DNA of 62,145 bases, the filler included, from Choristocarpus tenellus KU-1152 (lineage: Eukaryota; Protista; Phaeophyceae): NCBI GenBank assembly GCA_964200185.2. It is 12 parts of 12 records of this genome, joined end to end, with 100 filler letters (N's around TTAATTAATTAA, not from the genome) between each part and the next. Parts side by side here need not be neighbours in the genome. Positions count along the whole stretch, not along the records: positions 1 to 13,452 come from CAXNAD020001490.1; positions 13,553 to 18,107 come from CAXNAD020014019.1; 10 more parts are not named here. One strand, given 5' to 3'. The notes below the pieces were generated by a model. That model was not told the DNA's origin and made no database searches. It was given only the letters and a program-made list of their open reading frames with translations. Position numbers and translations under genes: made by a program. Shown here piece after piece: positions 1 through 13,599 of this stretch; positions within the stretch are counted from its first letter, which is position 1, and the number at the start of each line of letters is the position of its first letter.

Positions 1-460
1 TGCGAATCCCCTGTTCATAGCTGGGTCTTGTGGATTCCTCCAAAGAGGTCTTCCCCTGTCCCACATCCTCAATGGCAAAGTTTTTCAAATAGTATGCGTT
101 CTTCCACACAACTTGGATAAACAACAACCCTCAGCACCAGGGCCAGAAATGCACTTTCTTGGTGGTCTGCTCCATGGCACATTAGATTTCCATGATCCCC
201 AGCCCTCTTACAAATGTTGGTTGTTCATGCTATTAATCCAATAGCTTAGAACAAATTGAGGTCCACTTGTTCACGAAGGCAATCCTTACCTACTTCACTT
301 CACCATCAATTACAATTTCTTTTGGTCGGTAAAATTCATTCTTTATCTTACGTTGACAACTCGCTTTTTTCTTGTATCAATTATTCCGTTGACTATCACA
401 AAGTATCAATATACCCGAAACACTTTTTGACATAGCTAAACATTCCCCACCCTAATGGTG
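1..460 (-). pseudogene. Possible decayed piggyBac-like transposase C-terminal fragment
   Basis: The minus strand reads NNQHL*..GIMEI*...TTKKVHFWPWC*GLLFIQVVWKNAYYL, loosely like the YN..M.GVD..D / K..W....F......NAY segment of piggyBac transposases. Many stops. Confidence 0.3.
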
Positions 461-1092
461 CCTAACGAGGAAGATTATTCCCTTACTAATTAGGTGCATC
501 CTGCAAGTAGTATTATTGCAAATTGTGTGACAATATGACTTAATGCCATAATGTACATGTATCTTGTATGTTGAGGCAAGTCTGCATTGCTGGATTACAT
601 TGTGGTTCATCTATGGCTAAAAAATTCAGCAAAGGTCGAAAACCCGTCAAGTTTGGTAAGTCTTGAAAGAATACCAAAAAAGTTGTAAAAGTGTTTTGAC
701 GAAAGCGTTTCATCGCATCTACATAAAAAAACCCAACCACACCTAGTTACTCATTCTGGATTATGTTGCACAATGAAATGTCTAACAGAAATTTCTTTAA
801 ATCTTGAAAATATACATCAAATCCAATTCAGTCTTTTTCACAAAATAATATATCTGGACAAAAGAAGGAACTGTGGGAATTGAGGCGATGACTGAAGAAA
901 TTAACACCTAGAATTGTAAACCTAACAGACACAAGTAAACCATCAAGAAAGCAAATGTAATGTCGGGATGAGTAAGCAACCACAAAGATTTCTGCTGTGA
1001 ACTGCTGAGACCATAAAGAAGGCACCGGGAAAAGGCAATCTCACTTCACTACCTACCAAAGGGAACATGCCTACTACGAATAAATGACAAAG

Positions 1093-4000
1093 TTAAGGCA
1101 AGGATATACACTCTCTTTCTACAGATTCTGGTGCCTCTATAGAATCTATCATTTTGTCCTCTGTTTTGACACGTTCGAACTCCTCAGTGCACATGAATCG
1201 ACGGAGCAAATTGTCCTCCACAATCTCGCGAATGTCCTTATACGCCTTCTGAAACACTCTCCTGACCAAGCGCAAACATAAACAGTGATCGTTACATTGA
1301 ATACGTTTGAAGCAGCAAAGTGAATAAAGTCAACATAATCCACAAGCAGTTTTCTCACGTCGTGTTGTTCTCCTAGGTCTCAGAAAATATTCTGCTGACA
1401 TCAAATATCACCTCTAGTTTGATCTTGCACAACATTGGTTTGGAGAATAAATGGACAGACCAAGCTGCATCTCATAGAAGATTCTCATCTTACGCTTATA
1501 TTCATATGCAAAATTCCTGCCCATACCTAGTGATTCTGTCTAGGAGTGCAATGCCTTACACGTGTCACGACACAACTCCTTATGTATTTTTTCACCCACA
1601 CAAAAGTAGAGAGTAATGGGAACAAGACGAATTTTTTATGTAAGACTATTATTGGTGTTGTACCGTATCATATCAAAGAACCTAGTGGGTTACCTTCGCT
1701 CTTCCACCGGCATTGCCATGAACCGCTGCACGCCCGTGTGGAGATGATCCAATATAGCCTCCTTGGTTCTTGAGCTGAAATGCATTGAATTGTGAGCAGA
1801 GAATAAAGTGAGGAAGAGAAAAATATATGAACCCCTTGTTTCGGCATAGTATTATATTTCTGAGCATAAATTCGACACACAGTAGATCGAATGGTGAGGA
1901 GAAAACACATTCAGCACAATGAAGACCCAGAGAGGAAAAGGTGTACTAAATTTGTGAAACCAATATGATGATTGTGATGTTCCAGATGACTAGCATATAT
2001 ATATATATATGATAATTCCCAACCTTTATTATAATCTCTTGCCATCACTTGACCTATCAGAATTTACCATCGCACCATAGGTCTGAAGAAAGCGTAAAGT
2101 AATAAATAATTCTATATTGTTGATAAAGTTATTAGGGCTAGAAATGTTGGAATAACATTAAATGAAACATATTCCAAAAGATAGATACATACTCTACTAA
2201 GAGTAAAAATTCCAATCGCAAAACCTATATAACAAGTAGCGGTTGGAAGTTGAGAAATGTCACCTTCTGTATTTAATTGATCGCCTATGTCAGCAAGGGC
2301 AAAGGAACATACTTTATTATGTCCTTTCTTTGACATTTTGTAGATGTGCCAGAAAAAAAAACAATGAAAATTATTCACATGTCAGAAAAACCTCTAAAAA
2401 ACTAGCACTTGTCATATAATTTATTATTTTGCCCTATGATATTTTGCAGATGTGTCAGGGGGGAAAACCACTAATCTATCAGTTACTTCACCACTATCAA
2501 ATATTGTACTGTCTTCCTGTATTGTTTTTGTGAATATGGATAAGGATATGAGCAAGTACAATATATCCGCGATTCTATTATCTTCGCTGATTAGTTTGAT
2601 TTTTTAGCCCGATCGCTGTTAGATAAACATGTATCATCCATATCCTTCGTCAAACTTTCCACGTATTGTTGTAATTTGTCTGTTCTTCATTCGGGCATAT
2701 AGGGAAGATACAAAATAAAAATTTGCCATATAGATACTATATTTCTCATGTTTATACCTCCCTACACTAACTTTACTGTAAGTCGATACATTTCATATTG
2801 ATTATAGGACACAAAAATTGCTGCGTATACCATTTTAGTGTCTCTCTGATTAGCGTAGGATCTTAACCGCTATATAAGGCTCAGGAGAATTATTAATGGA
2901 CATAATCTGGCATGTGGTACAATGCTGTCTGGTATGATCTTCACTCTTACCTATTCCCAAGGATGAACAGATCTACTTGAATAGAAAAAATAAATTAGGG
3001 TGGAAACTTCAATCAGTACCTTCTCTGGGAAATGGAGAGCATCTAGACAACAAGCATAAAAGTGAAGTTTTATTGAGAACGTCAACAACAACATGCGGTT
3101 TAGTGCAAGCTTCTCCTACCTGATATTGACTTCGTTAGGGGCATCATCCGAAATGTAAACCCGAGTGATACAAGAGAAAGCATGGAACTGGTGAGCCCAT
3201 CTATCACCTAGTTGAATCTTCGTCATTGAGAAGTCATCATCTTCGTACCTGGACAAAAAGTGTTGTGTTTTCAGTGCTTGGTTTGGGCAATCTTACGATC
3301 TTCACAGGCAGAGAAGAGAGCACTGTGGTGAAAGGGACTAGGGCGAGAATTCCTCAACATCACAGCATTCCAGAGCACTAGAAAGAATGGAATCACAAAT
3401 GGGATAAGTTATCAAAGTTGACCTCTCGTTAGAAAAGGGAAGGATCACCGAACAGAAAAAGACATGCGAAAACCATGAGGCTTCTTCATTGAATAGTCGT
3501 GAAAAGGGAGGGAGTCCACCAGTAAGACCTGGCTTCCCTGAAACTTTAGTGCATGGGAACGACAACTATTCGAGTAGTAGTGCAGAACTGGGTATCTGGG
3601 ATATTGAAAGTTCTCTTCTTTGACATTTCCTGCACTAAGAGTACATCAACATATTCCATCTAGCTTAGTTTGCCAAATGCTGATGTTGCTTCAATGTTCG
3701 AAAATTATGCTTTGAAGCGGAAAATTGGTAGAAGACACTACTCATTTATGGAGTTGGGCAGAGGAGGAGCGATTACACAGGAGTGCAATATCAAAACACT
3801 TCTGAGTGCATAGAGTACATATTGACGTATAACGGAGGATAGGGTTTGGATTTGGTGTAAACACGCTTACGTCTTGTGCTATCCTTTTCATATTTTACAT
3901 TATCCCCAACTGATCAGATAGGTTTAGGATTCATTATAGGCTTATCAAATCAGATACATTCACCGAAGTATTTCAAGCCGTACAGGATGATCAACTCAGC

Positions 4001-7000
4001 CGAAAGCAAACACAGTGTAAGCTCCTTGTATTCAAGGTATTCGAAATTTGGCATAACTTGGCACCACAGGACTGCTTAGTTAGGTCTCATGAAACTAGTG
4101 CAAGGAAAATGCGTAGGACTGCACATCTTATGATTCAATCTACTGCAAACACACTACCAAGTACTACTGAGTATTCCATTTTTCGATTTCAACGATCAAC
4201 CCCAGTTCATACTGTACTAGAAAGCGTTAATTGCCCCTCATTGTCAAATGAGGATGTACATATCCGGGAGAACATCAGGCTAGTTACTATTTTAACATCT
4301 CAAGGGTCTGACATACAACATTTTGTTTGCTATTAGTCAAGGCCTTCTTACAGCAAGCACCAGGACCACAGTCTTTCACCTGTGGCAGGTTCATAGTCCC
4401 CATATTTCTACAAAAATCCTTTGCAAACAAAAGAAATGGCATCCCTCATTCAGAAAATAAAGAGCTGTGTCGAACACCTAGAAGTCAAGGTTTACTCAGC
4501 TATCTACAAAAAATATCGCATTCAATCATCTCTAGATATACTGGGAGGCGACTTAACTTCACAGGAATCTGCCTGGAATTTTGCACTAAATCGTGAACAA
4601 ATTGCCTGACCTTTCTTACCTGGAAACATCTCTCAGGAATAAGACAGACTCCTGGCACAATGCCCTTCTTGAAAATTCCTCAAATGTCTTTGCCATCAAA
4701 GGTGTGGAAACCAGCCTTTCAAAATTCCAATCCTGCTCAAATTCGGTGTTGCTCAACTTGAGGCTCGGTTTGGAAGGGGTTTCCGACTCTGCTGCTGAGT
4801 TGGCCGCTGGAGCTCTAAATAGGATTAAGGAATGTTCGCATCAAGGGGGGGTATTTACTTGTTGATATCAACAGAGAAAAAATGTGAGATAAACGGTGCA
4901 ATTGCACAATTGACTTAGGCAGAGGCTACAGCTTCCAAAGGACAGCTATTGCAAACCAGGAGAAATGTAACTGAAAGGGGATACAAATTGAAATTTCCTA
5001 CGAATTTCCTGCTACAATATTTATGCATTTTAACAAATAGTCAGTGAGATGCCATGCACAGATCACACGATTGGATTATCAAATTTCTCGAAGAGAGAGA
5101 GCGAGCCTAAAGATGAGAAGCAGCTTGTAACAGGTTTTTAATATCAGCGTAAGCACCAGTTTCACAAACCCATCCCATTGTCGAGCCTATGACATCCACC
5201 ATTCTATATTCAAGTGCAAAGACACAAGCTACACCTCACATTGTCATGCTTATCTGCTGTTGAGAGAAAGAGAAAAAATGGATACATATGCTCCTCCTCA
5301 GAGAACCCAAAGGATCCAATCCAAGTCTCCGCATTGGCTGTATAATGCTGAGGTTTGATGAAGGAACACACAGTTGGGGCCTTGTGTCAATGTTCTTATC
5401 TTGCAGTTGCACATGTAAACACGCTAACTGATTTTGGATTCTTCCCTAGGGGCATCAAAGAAAAGATACATTCCTTCTATCTGGATCTGTGCCTCAACCG
5501 GAAGGCACTTCCGTCTGTGATGCAGCAGTAGGGTAGCAAGGCTTCTGAGAAGCAACATCGGTCCATGCTTTGGACAAAATACTAAGTGGTATTTACCTTA
5601 GTTATAGCCCCTATAACAGGAAAATGCAACACAAACATAACAAGGTGCCCCTACTGCCAACTCAAGTATTGTGTTGTAGGTGGTATCTTTTATGCGGCAG
5701 GGATGAAGAAGGTTGATTGGACAATTCAGACCAATCCCTTCCATGAACATCGAAGGTGGCCAACGAAACGCTTGAAAGCAGAGAGCATGGGTTACCCAAC
5801 CAAATACGCTATCAACACCTTCCCATATGAAGAAAATATAAACCACAGCACAATAAACATCCAACACTAATTCTGAACGAGAATGTGTGTGGACTCTCAA
5901 CCTTGATTCTTGCTAAGCAAAACAAGCAAGGTCATCAAGGGTGTACTAGGTATAGGTTGGTTTGAAGATATCTTTCAACATAACCGATGGTTATGTGAGG
6001 CAGCAAAAATTAAATTCCTCAAAGGAAATGACTGAGGAATTTCAATAGCCACAGCCTGCTTAGTATCTCTTCATCGTGGAGCCAAGCAGTCGGATGACCA
6101 TGATGTACATTTCCTATTTGTTCTCTGCCACCCAAAGGCCTGTCCGATGTACAAACTATCTACATTCGTTCCAGACCTGAATTGGCCGACTGCATGCACC
6201 GATCAAAAAACCGAGCATATATCAAATCTTGTTTCGTTTTTCTTTAGTTCACATGGTCGTAGACAGGCACCAATGGATGCGAATAGGGCTGACCCTAACC
6301 CAAACCCTAACCTAGAGATTTTGCTGTTAAAAGATTAACCATGTTCTGGTTGGTGTCACGTCCACAACAACATAGTGCCCCAAGGTACCAGAACTCTAAA
6401 GCGTCATGTCACATTCACTGTGTAACTTCCATTATCCAGGACATTACTTGAGACGATTTTGCTATACAATAAAAATTTCCTGGAGCGTTCGCTGGACAAT
6501 GGGCTCAACAGGACAATTGAGCTAGAAGTTTGCCTACCGAATGACAACGAGTGTTGAACTGGGTAATGAATGACACAGACTGAATAGCCTCAAGCATCTT
6601 CCAAGAAAGAGGACATTACCAAGCAAATTATCCTGAGCGTTTCCTGGACAATGGACGTTACAGAGCAAAATACATTGAGTGAGTGCCGGACAGTAGGCAC
6701 TATGGGCGAATGTTGTCTTGTATAACGTGTACATGTCCTATTCGCCTTATTTCTTTTGCTATATTTCTTCCATTTATTGCCTTCTCTGCTTTACATACTC
6801 CAACAGCAGGTTTGAATCAATAAAATAATTGTGTATATTCGAAATAAGTGAGAAAATATGCAAAAGAAGTTATAGGGCAAATGGGAACAAGGGGATACTG
6901 GATATCTGGAGGTATAAATGAGACAGTGCCTAGTATTGCCCTGACAGTGAGCGGATATTGTCAAGCAAGATAGGTGTGGGGGTAAGGAACAACAGATAAT

Positions 7001-10000
7001 TTATTACAACTGGTCCCCAAACGTTTAGTCGTTTGCTTTTTCTCAACTGCTGACCAAATAATGTGTTGTAGCAAACAAGTCAAAACACCTAGTTGTGTTA
7101 CACCCGTGTTACGTTGTCTTAGGTATGAAAGGTGCTAAAAAATACACATACGCCCGTAGTAAAGATATTCTTTCCAAAACCAGTTGGAATGAATTCAACA
7201 ACAGCATATTGTTTGGAAGGATAGCTTTGACAAAACTCGTTAGATGAGGTAATATTTATTCAACAATCACAAAATTGGGTTGAATTTATGGAACTTCTAT
7301 TTTAACCGCAACTAAATTCGATATACAAAACTTCACAGTGACAGTTGGCCTAGCAGTACAACATTATGTTCTGATCCTTTTTGGGATGGGACGGATACAA
7401 TATTTAAAACAACTACTATACAGAAAGATATTTTTGGAGGCAATATGGACCCTTCTTTTCTTGCTCCTTTCACATCTCCAATTCAGATTTAAACAATGTT
7501 TGACAAATCACCAAAGATATTTGGTGATGCAGACAACCTAAAATGTGACACACTCATAGTGCAACAACTTGTTCTTTCTCTTCAGAGAATGAACAGAGGA
7601 GATATGGGAAGTTAATAGTTGCAAACATAAAGTTAACTATTTCTTCCACACAGCACAGGGGATAGATCGCACCTGAGGATGAATACTATATTGCTCGCGA
7701 GAGTTTCAGAAAGTCCACCTGAGCCGAACCATCTACCTAGTGTCGTGTTCCCGTACTTATCCACAAGTCTGCTGCTGACTGGGCAGGAAAATATTTAGGA
7801 TGAGGATTGTATGAAGTATGGTGGTGTCTTGGGGTGGAGAAAAATTCATCACATTTTATCAATTAGAATTTCCTCGCCCTAAAAAAGAGCAACATGTTCC
7901 CCTGTACGTCATGTAGGGATCTGTGCAACATGCTGCCAGGGCTAGAGGAAAAGAAGGGCACCCTTTATATGTTCAGAACTTTCGGAAATAAGCGGTACTC
8001 TAGAGAAATACCAACCAGGGGGAACTTGTCTTCCGAAGGGGTGGGGAAAAAAATGGACATGGAGTTCACATGCTTTAGCAAATACCTCAATGGCTATTCA
8101 GATTTCTGGGTTAGCGGCAAGAAATGCTCCTATTAATGATATCTTTAATTTCTGCTGAGGACCCAAAGTATCTAGGAGGGGAGGGGGGTCTACACAAGGG
8201 TGTCCATTTGGACCAAAATCAGGAAAAGTGCATTTACAGTATCCATCTGACATATGCAACTATTCACCCAAAAATCGCGACATGAAAAATTGACCCCAAA
8301 TGGACAGCTGCCACCACCTCCCAGATACGTTGAGCCTGAAGTGTGACACGACAAAGCACCATCTGCTTGAGAAGATTCCGAAAAAACGGTGTTTAACCGT
8401 TGACGTACCTGCCACAATAAATAGAAGAAACATAACTGCTGTGATCTCCTTGCTGATGTTGAAAACATCGTCAACATTCCTGAGTGAGAACAAAGCAAAC
8501 ACAAATAAAATTATGAGGACTCAACACAAACCACAACCCAGCTTATATTAAAGACCCCCAAAAAATGGTATCGTGTAGAGTCGAAGAGCATTGCACAAAC
8601 TTCAGTCTTACCTGATGAGGGGGTACAGGGCTGTCAGCACCGCCGCGGCAGCAAAGTTCATGTGCTTCCGAATAGCCACATGATCATGACTGGATTTTGG
8701 GGTATAAAGCCATATGGTTGTTCACATGAGAGATAAAGTGCACCCGAGAAAGAGGGTAATGTTGGCCTTGGTCACTTTAAGGGTTAGGGCGAAAGTACAC
8801 ATCTGTAGATTAGTGCATATCTCTATCGCCCTTAAGCAATATTGGAAAGGCAGCACCTGTCACTTGCCACTGTTTGGAAGGGTAATGAACATCACACATC
8901 TAGAGTGCAACTACTTCTAGAAAGCCGAAAGTTCTTACTGGTCCTCTTACCAAGATAATGGACAAGAAAAACTCCATACATTACCACATGGCACTGAGTT
9001 GTACACTCTCGATGTTCAAGTCTGGAGAATTGAGAGATATACAGCAATGTTATCTGATGTGCACTGGAATCCTACTGTATAAAGTATCAATCTGGAGCAT
9101 TTGGGTTTGGGTTAGGGCTAGGGTTATTTTGTGTGTACCTTGGCATAGATACCATTGCGCATTGCAGAGTTAGTTGTCCGCACCCCAAATTGAGTGCCTG
9201 TACAACGTTTGGCGTTCTGTGTATGACATGATAACTCCAACAGAGAGGAGGAACACATCAAACGAGTGTTTTCAAGCCAAGATATTTCTAAAGATAACGT
9301 CAATATGTCCAACCTTTACCATAGTATTGCAGTATAGTAAATAATGCAACCTTAGGAATTTTTTTTTAGTATCACTCAGTTACACAACCCTACTCAAATA
9401 CCAACCTTGTGCAATAGTTGGTATTCAAACATCCATATACCCAACACCCTGCAACACAGTCATGTGTATCGCACACTCATACTCACACATTTTCCTTTGT
9501 CATGGAGCAGAAGTAGATGGGAATAACAGTGGAAAGGGCGCCGACCACGAGGAGCACAACAATATGGTTCTTCTCCTGACAAAGAGTCCAGTTGCAGCGG
9601 TAGATAATGAACAATGATCAATGATTGGTGTTTCTTTATTTATCTTGTCTAACTCAACAGCATGTTCACCTGATAAAAGTAATTTAGTTGTTTTGACTGT
9701 CACAGCTAGCAGTGCAAACGTTGCTCGACATCCTTCCCTTTCTTAGTCACCCTGCGAGACTTGCCCTGGAGAATAATGGTTGCACAAATAATGCGACTGA
9801 TACATGAGTAACAAACAGACAAAACTCTTTCATTTTGTGTACTATAGACTCGGGTATAAAATTTAGGGCCACCGTTGACCCTCCACAACCCCAAGCCATG
9901 AAGTACTCATAATGGCTACAAACTCTTCTGTGAAATGGTGTATGTGACAAAGCTATATCGACTCACCGGAATGAGCCAGGGCAAAGCACTCTTCGCCCTT

Positions 10001-11583
10001 GGGTGGAAAACCACTGCAAGGCGTATTGCGCGTGAGATGTACAATCCAACATACACAGGGTTAAGGAAGAAAACCACCTGTTGAGAGCATGACTTGACAT
10101 TAGTGGCACCTACTACAGCCCAAGACAGATTTATTAGATTACTGACAATGAATACAACAATTTGTCACCCATCATTCTTTAATGATACAGAGAAGCCACT
10201 TCAAACATAGCTTGTTATCACAGAGAGAAACATCCCCCCTTCCCGAGGGAGGATGATTGAACTACAAATGTTCAAGGAGATGAAAGGCATTTCGCGTTCC
10301 TACTGCTCTGAACCAACTCCTTCACACCTATTGCACACCCATGCATCCAATGATATTACGATTGATAGTGCATAATCTTGCATATGATAATACCCTCAAC
10401 CATCACAAGGCAAAAGGTCTAAAGCACGGTCTGGAAGTCTCACCACATCCTCTCATGGTCAACAATGTACAATTCTGTATTAAATGATGATTTTAATCCT
10501 TCCCTTACTCTCCATTTTCGGACTCAGAAATATTTGAAAGCAAGCAAGGTTCTTTCTCCCTCACCAAATCACACCAAAAGTGTGAGAAGAAGCTTGTCCC
10601 AAGAACTGCGCTGAGGTGTAATAGCATAATCATGAACTGAAGAAGTATAGTTATTCCCGTCAATAATAACAGATTGGGGGACCTGTTTGCATTGGTTGTT
10701 CATATGTTTACAGACTAAGAGAATGCACACTGTTTTTGGTTTCGACCTGAGAATACTTGGTGAATGGTTACACATTATGTGTTACCTGTTCCGTTTGTAT
10801 GGTACAACTATTGCGTCATTTTTACCATTGCTACACCCACCACAGAAACTTTAGAATCAGGAGCATATACCTCGACTATCATGGCTTTCAGTTAATTCCG
10901 ACTGTCCTCTTCGTCCCCACAGTAGCAATGTGCAACCTCATGGATACAGTTGATGGAGTGAGCGATTCTTTTCATGTTCTTACAAAAATGTACCACCTTA
11001 GCTAAAGATGTAGCACGTCTTCAGCACTTCTCATTAGTTACAATTTTCCAACCTTGCTTGATAGCTGATCGACAATTGCTTGCCCCGTTTAAGTTACATT
11101 TCAGGGACGAAATACTCACCTTGCTTTGATGTCGAACATGAGACGTGACTGGTATAATGTCAACAGGACCACGGGCCCCATCAACAGAAAAAGTGAAGCA
11201 TCCACAAGACAGAACACAGCAATACCTGAAGAGACAGGAATGTTGCATATGAAAATGGAGTAATAACACAGTGAGCGGCATTTCTCTCTAGCGTACAGAC
11301 AAATTGAGGGGATCAAATCACGTCAAGGGTTCACGTTAGTTGAAAAACGACTCGTGCGGTAACCAGAAGTTAGTCTAATGGCGAATAATACACGCCATCA
11401 AGTGCCTTTCAAACGGGACTAAGACATATTGCCTCTGCACAACAAATGAACGAAGCGGATCGGTAAGCCATTGGTTTACGCAGGGAGCTGTACGTTCGGA
11501 ATTAATCACGCACACTAACCTCTATCCAGTGGTGTGAAGTTCGTATCATCATGTCCTATACCTCTACCCTCCATGCCTTTCAT
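1093..11583 (-). CDS. 7TM-RGS protein: seven transmembrane segments fused to a C-terminal Regulator of G-protein Signalling domain, 14 exons, about 466 aa
   Basis: Phase-consistent GT-AG exons: 11520-11583, 11120-11225, 10565-10682, 9967-10077, 9487-9575, 8612-8689, 8409-8479, 7673-7778, 5286-5347, 5235-5256, 4620-4814, 3120-3248, 1694-1774, 1093-1261 (1401 nt, no internal stop). The N-half has seven hydrophobic segments with the motifs FDIKARSPNLLLLTG, YISRAIRLAVVF and VDDVFNISKEI. The C-half has RGS motifs FEEFSRRALCQESVLFLRDV, YISDDAPNEVNIS and VFQKAYKDIREIVEDNLLRRF. The start codon and the 5235-5347 linker exons are the least certain parts. Confidence 0.88.
2315..2472 (+). repeat. Two tandem copies of hairpin-tipped interspersed repeat (family H)
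   Basis: TTATTATGYCCTxTGACATTTTGYAGATGTGTCAGGGG..AACCAATGAAAA motif, also at 12437, 56140, 56740, 57050 and 57780. Confidence 0.75.
8160..8336. mobile_element. MITE family B (about 177 bp, Sola-like), in a 7TM-RGS intron
   Basis: TIRs GACCCAAAGTATCT...AGATACGTTGAGCC; flanks TGAG/TGAA (4-bp TSD with one mismatch); body shared with copies at 25806, 26672, 38965 and 47661. Confidence 0.85.
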
Positions 11584-12436
11584 CCCTGAGAAAATCACAT
11601 CACGGGTGGGGAGGCATAGAATCTCTTATAAATTAGTCGAAACAGCAAGGGTTCCACTTCCCTAGGCTGATAGAGCTCTAGACATCAATAGTGACCCTAG
11701 GAAGGGGGGGGAAGAAGCACGCTCTATTATATCACTCTCCAGAAGTACTGCCCCTAAAAAAATGAAAAGAATCACGAATTTAAATGTATCTTGTCTATAG
11801 TGTAGTTCGCAGGTAAGAAGGGTTACACCTAGCAATTAACCAGCTCGGGTTCCAGGGATGACCCTCAATAGTAATCCATTCGAATCGAGTTCCAGCGACG
11901 ACTATCTGGATGTGATTGCTGGTACAGCTCCACCAAAATATCACGAACAATCTGTTCAACTAATCGAAAGAAGAGTATTAATGATAGTCAAATGATCGTC
12001 CTACTTGGTGTGTCTTGTGTGTTGGGTGGGATCTTTCTTCCTCGTAGAAACCTTCTTCAAATAGGAAAGTGGAGTTTGGTTTTAGTATGTAAGCTATCAT
12101 GCCACAATAATCTGGCAAGGGGTGACTGACTCTGCTTATGGATCTGTACTTTCTTTGGTTCTGGATACCAAGTACGACCACTATCTGTTTCTTAACATGC
12201 TACGAATAGGTTCCAAGAGCTCTCTACTACTGTTCTATCCTAAAATTACATTATACTATATACATGTATATTCCACTTCGCCTTCATAACACCTCGGCAA
12301 TTTAAACCTAAACAGGAAATTGTGGATATACTATAATATATAGAAGTAACTGATTAGTCCACACTTACAATGTTTTATAGTGTTCTTATGTTTAGGATAT
12401 TTTATTTCTTTATGGCTAATAACGACATGTATATCT

Positions 12437-12492
12437 ATAGTTTTCATTGGTTTCCCCCCTGACATATCTGCAAAATGTCAGAGGGCATAATT
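12437..12492 (-). repeat. Hairpin-tipped repeat family H copy
   Basis: GTTTTCATTGGTTTCCCCCCTGACATATCTGCAAAATGTCAGAGGGCATAATTA matches the other family H copies. Confidence 0.75.
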
Positions 12493-13452
12493 ATAAAATA
12501 TACTATTCTTGGATATACCATACCCCGTAGATAAAACATGCATACGTATGTTATATTGACAGACATTTTGTCTCTGTTGTCCATGGCAAGGATGAGAGAT
12601 AAGAACTAAATATAATACAAATTTATTGGTCAAAACCAGAAACACTAGTTCCCCGTCCAGTTTCAAAACATTGATCTTTCCTTTGAAAAAATTATCTATA
12701 CCAGAGTATGAAGTTATTTATCTATAATGGAGATCATGGTGACTGTGGATAGAGGCACCATACACTACGATGATTCTCGTAGTGTTGTTGTACAATGACT
12801 ACAATTGTACAACAGTCTGCGTTCCTGTTTTGCTTATCGTAGGTTGGGTTCGACACATCCGTCACACGACCCTCCGTCTCTCCTCCTTCTAAGTCTTCTC
12901 CTAGATCCACCTTGAAGTATCGCCATTGATCTTGGTCCGGCGTTTTTGCGCCATAACATAGAAGGGTAAAACATCGAAACCAGATCTCGGTGAAAAGATG
13001 TCCGGCGTCAAAAGCGTTTGAACCCCCTGAATGAACACAGGTGTGGCCTTGACTAGTGAGATGAGAGGACGGCTCAGAAAAAAAACTAAAACTATCCTAG
13101 TGCCCGATTAATATGGAAATTTCACGTTTTCACTGTTAGAGGACATAATATAAACTTGCAAATGACATTGGACTTGGTCGAGAGGTATGGTACTACAATT
13201 TACCTTGAACGGTAAAAAGAATTGATTTGATTTTAATCAATCAAATATAGAGGGAGAGGAGCGGGAGGATATGGCAGGAAAGGAGTAGTGAAATCCAGGC
13301 TACGCCAAATTGTTTCGGTGACTACGCAAGTGGCATTGTCTCGACGTGTCATGCGCTTCAAACTAGAGTCACCAGGGAGATGGACACGGAGGGGTCTGTT
13401 GGATTCTTGGGATGCTTCCCTAGCTCCCCCCCCCGGGGCACAGGAGTAGGTA

Positions 13453-13552
13453 NNNNNNNNNNNNNNNNNNNNNNNNNNNNNNNNNNNNNNNNNNNNTTAA
13501 TTAATTAANNNNNNNNNNNNNNNNNNNNNNNNNNNNNNNNNNNNNNNNNNNN
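13453..13552. other. Artificial contig spacer N44-TTAATTAATTAA-N44 (first of 11; others at about 18108, 21695, 25434, 31606, 38335, 42796, 47892, 51608, 55953 and 59423)
   Basis: Identical 100-nt N-padded linker carrying stop codons in all six frames. Confidence 0.97.
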
Positions 13553-13599
13553 TATTCCATTACTCCATACATATTTTACCGTAACTGTCCGATAGAGTT

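Noticed and set aside
5598-5900. 100-aa hydrophobic ORF as an extra 7TM-RGS exon
   Set aside because: It is not needed for a phase-consistent model and has no convincing splice pair.
13497-13508. Recurrent TTAATTAATTAA palindrome as a biological motif
   Set aside because: It is always centred in an identical N pad, so it is an assembly linker.
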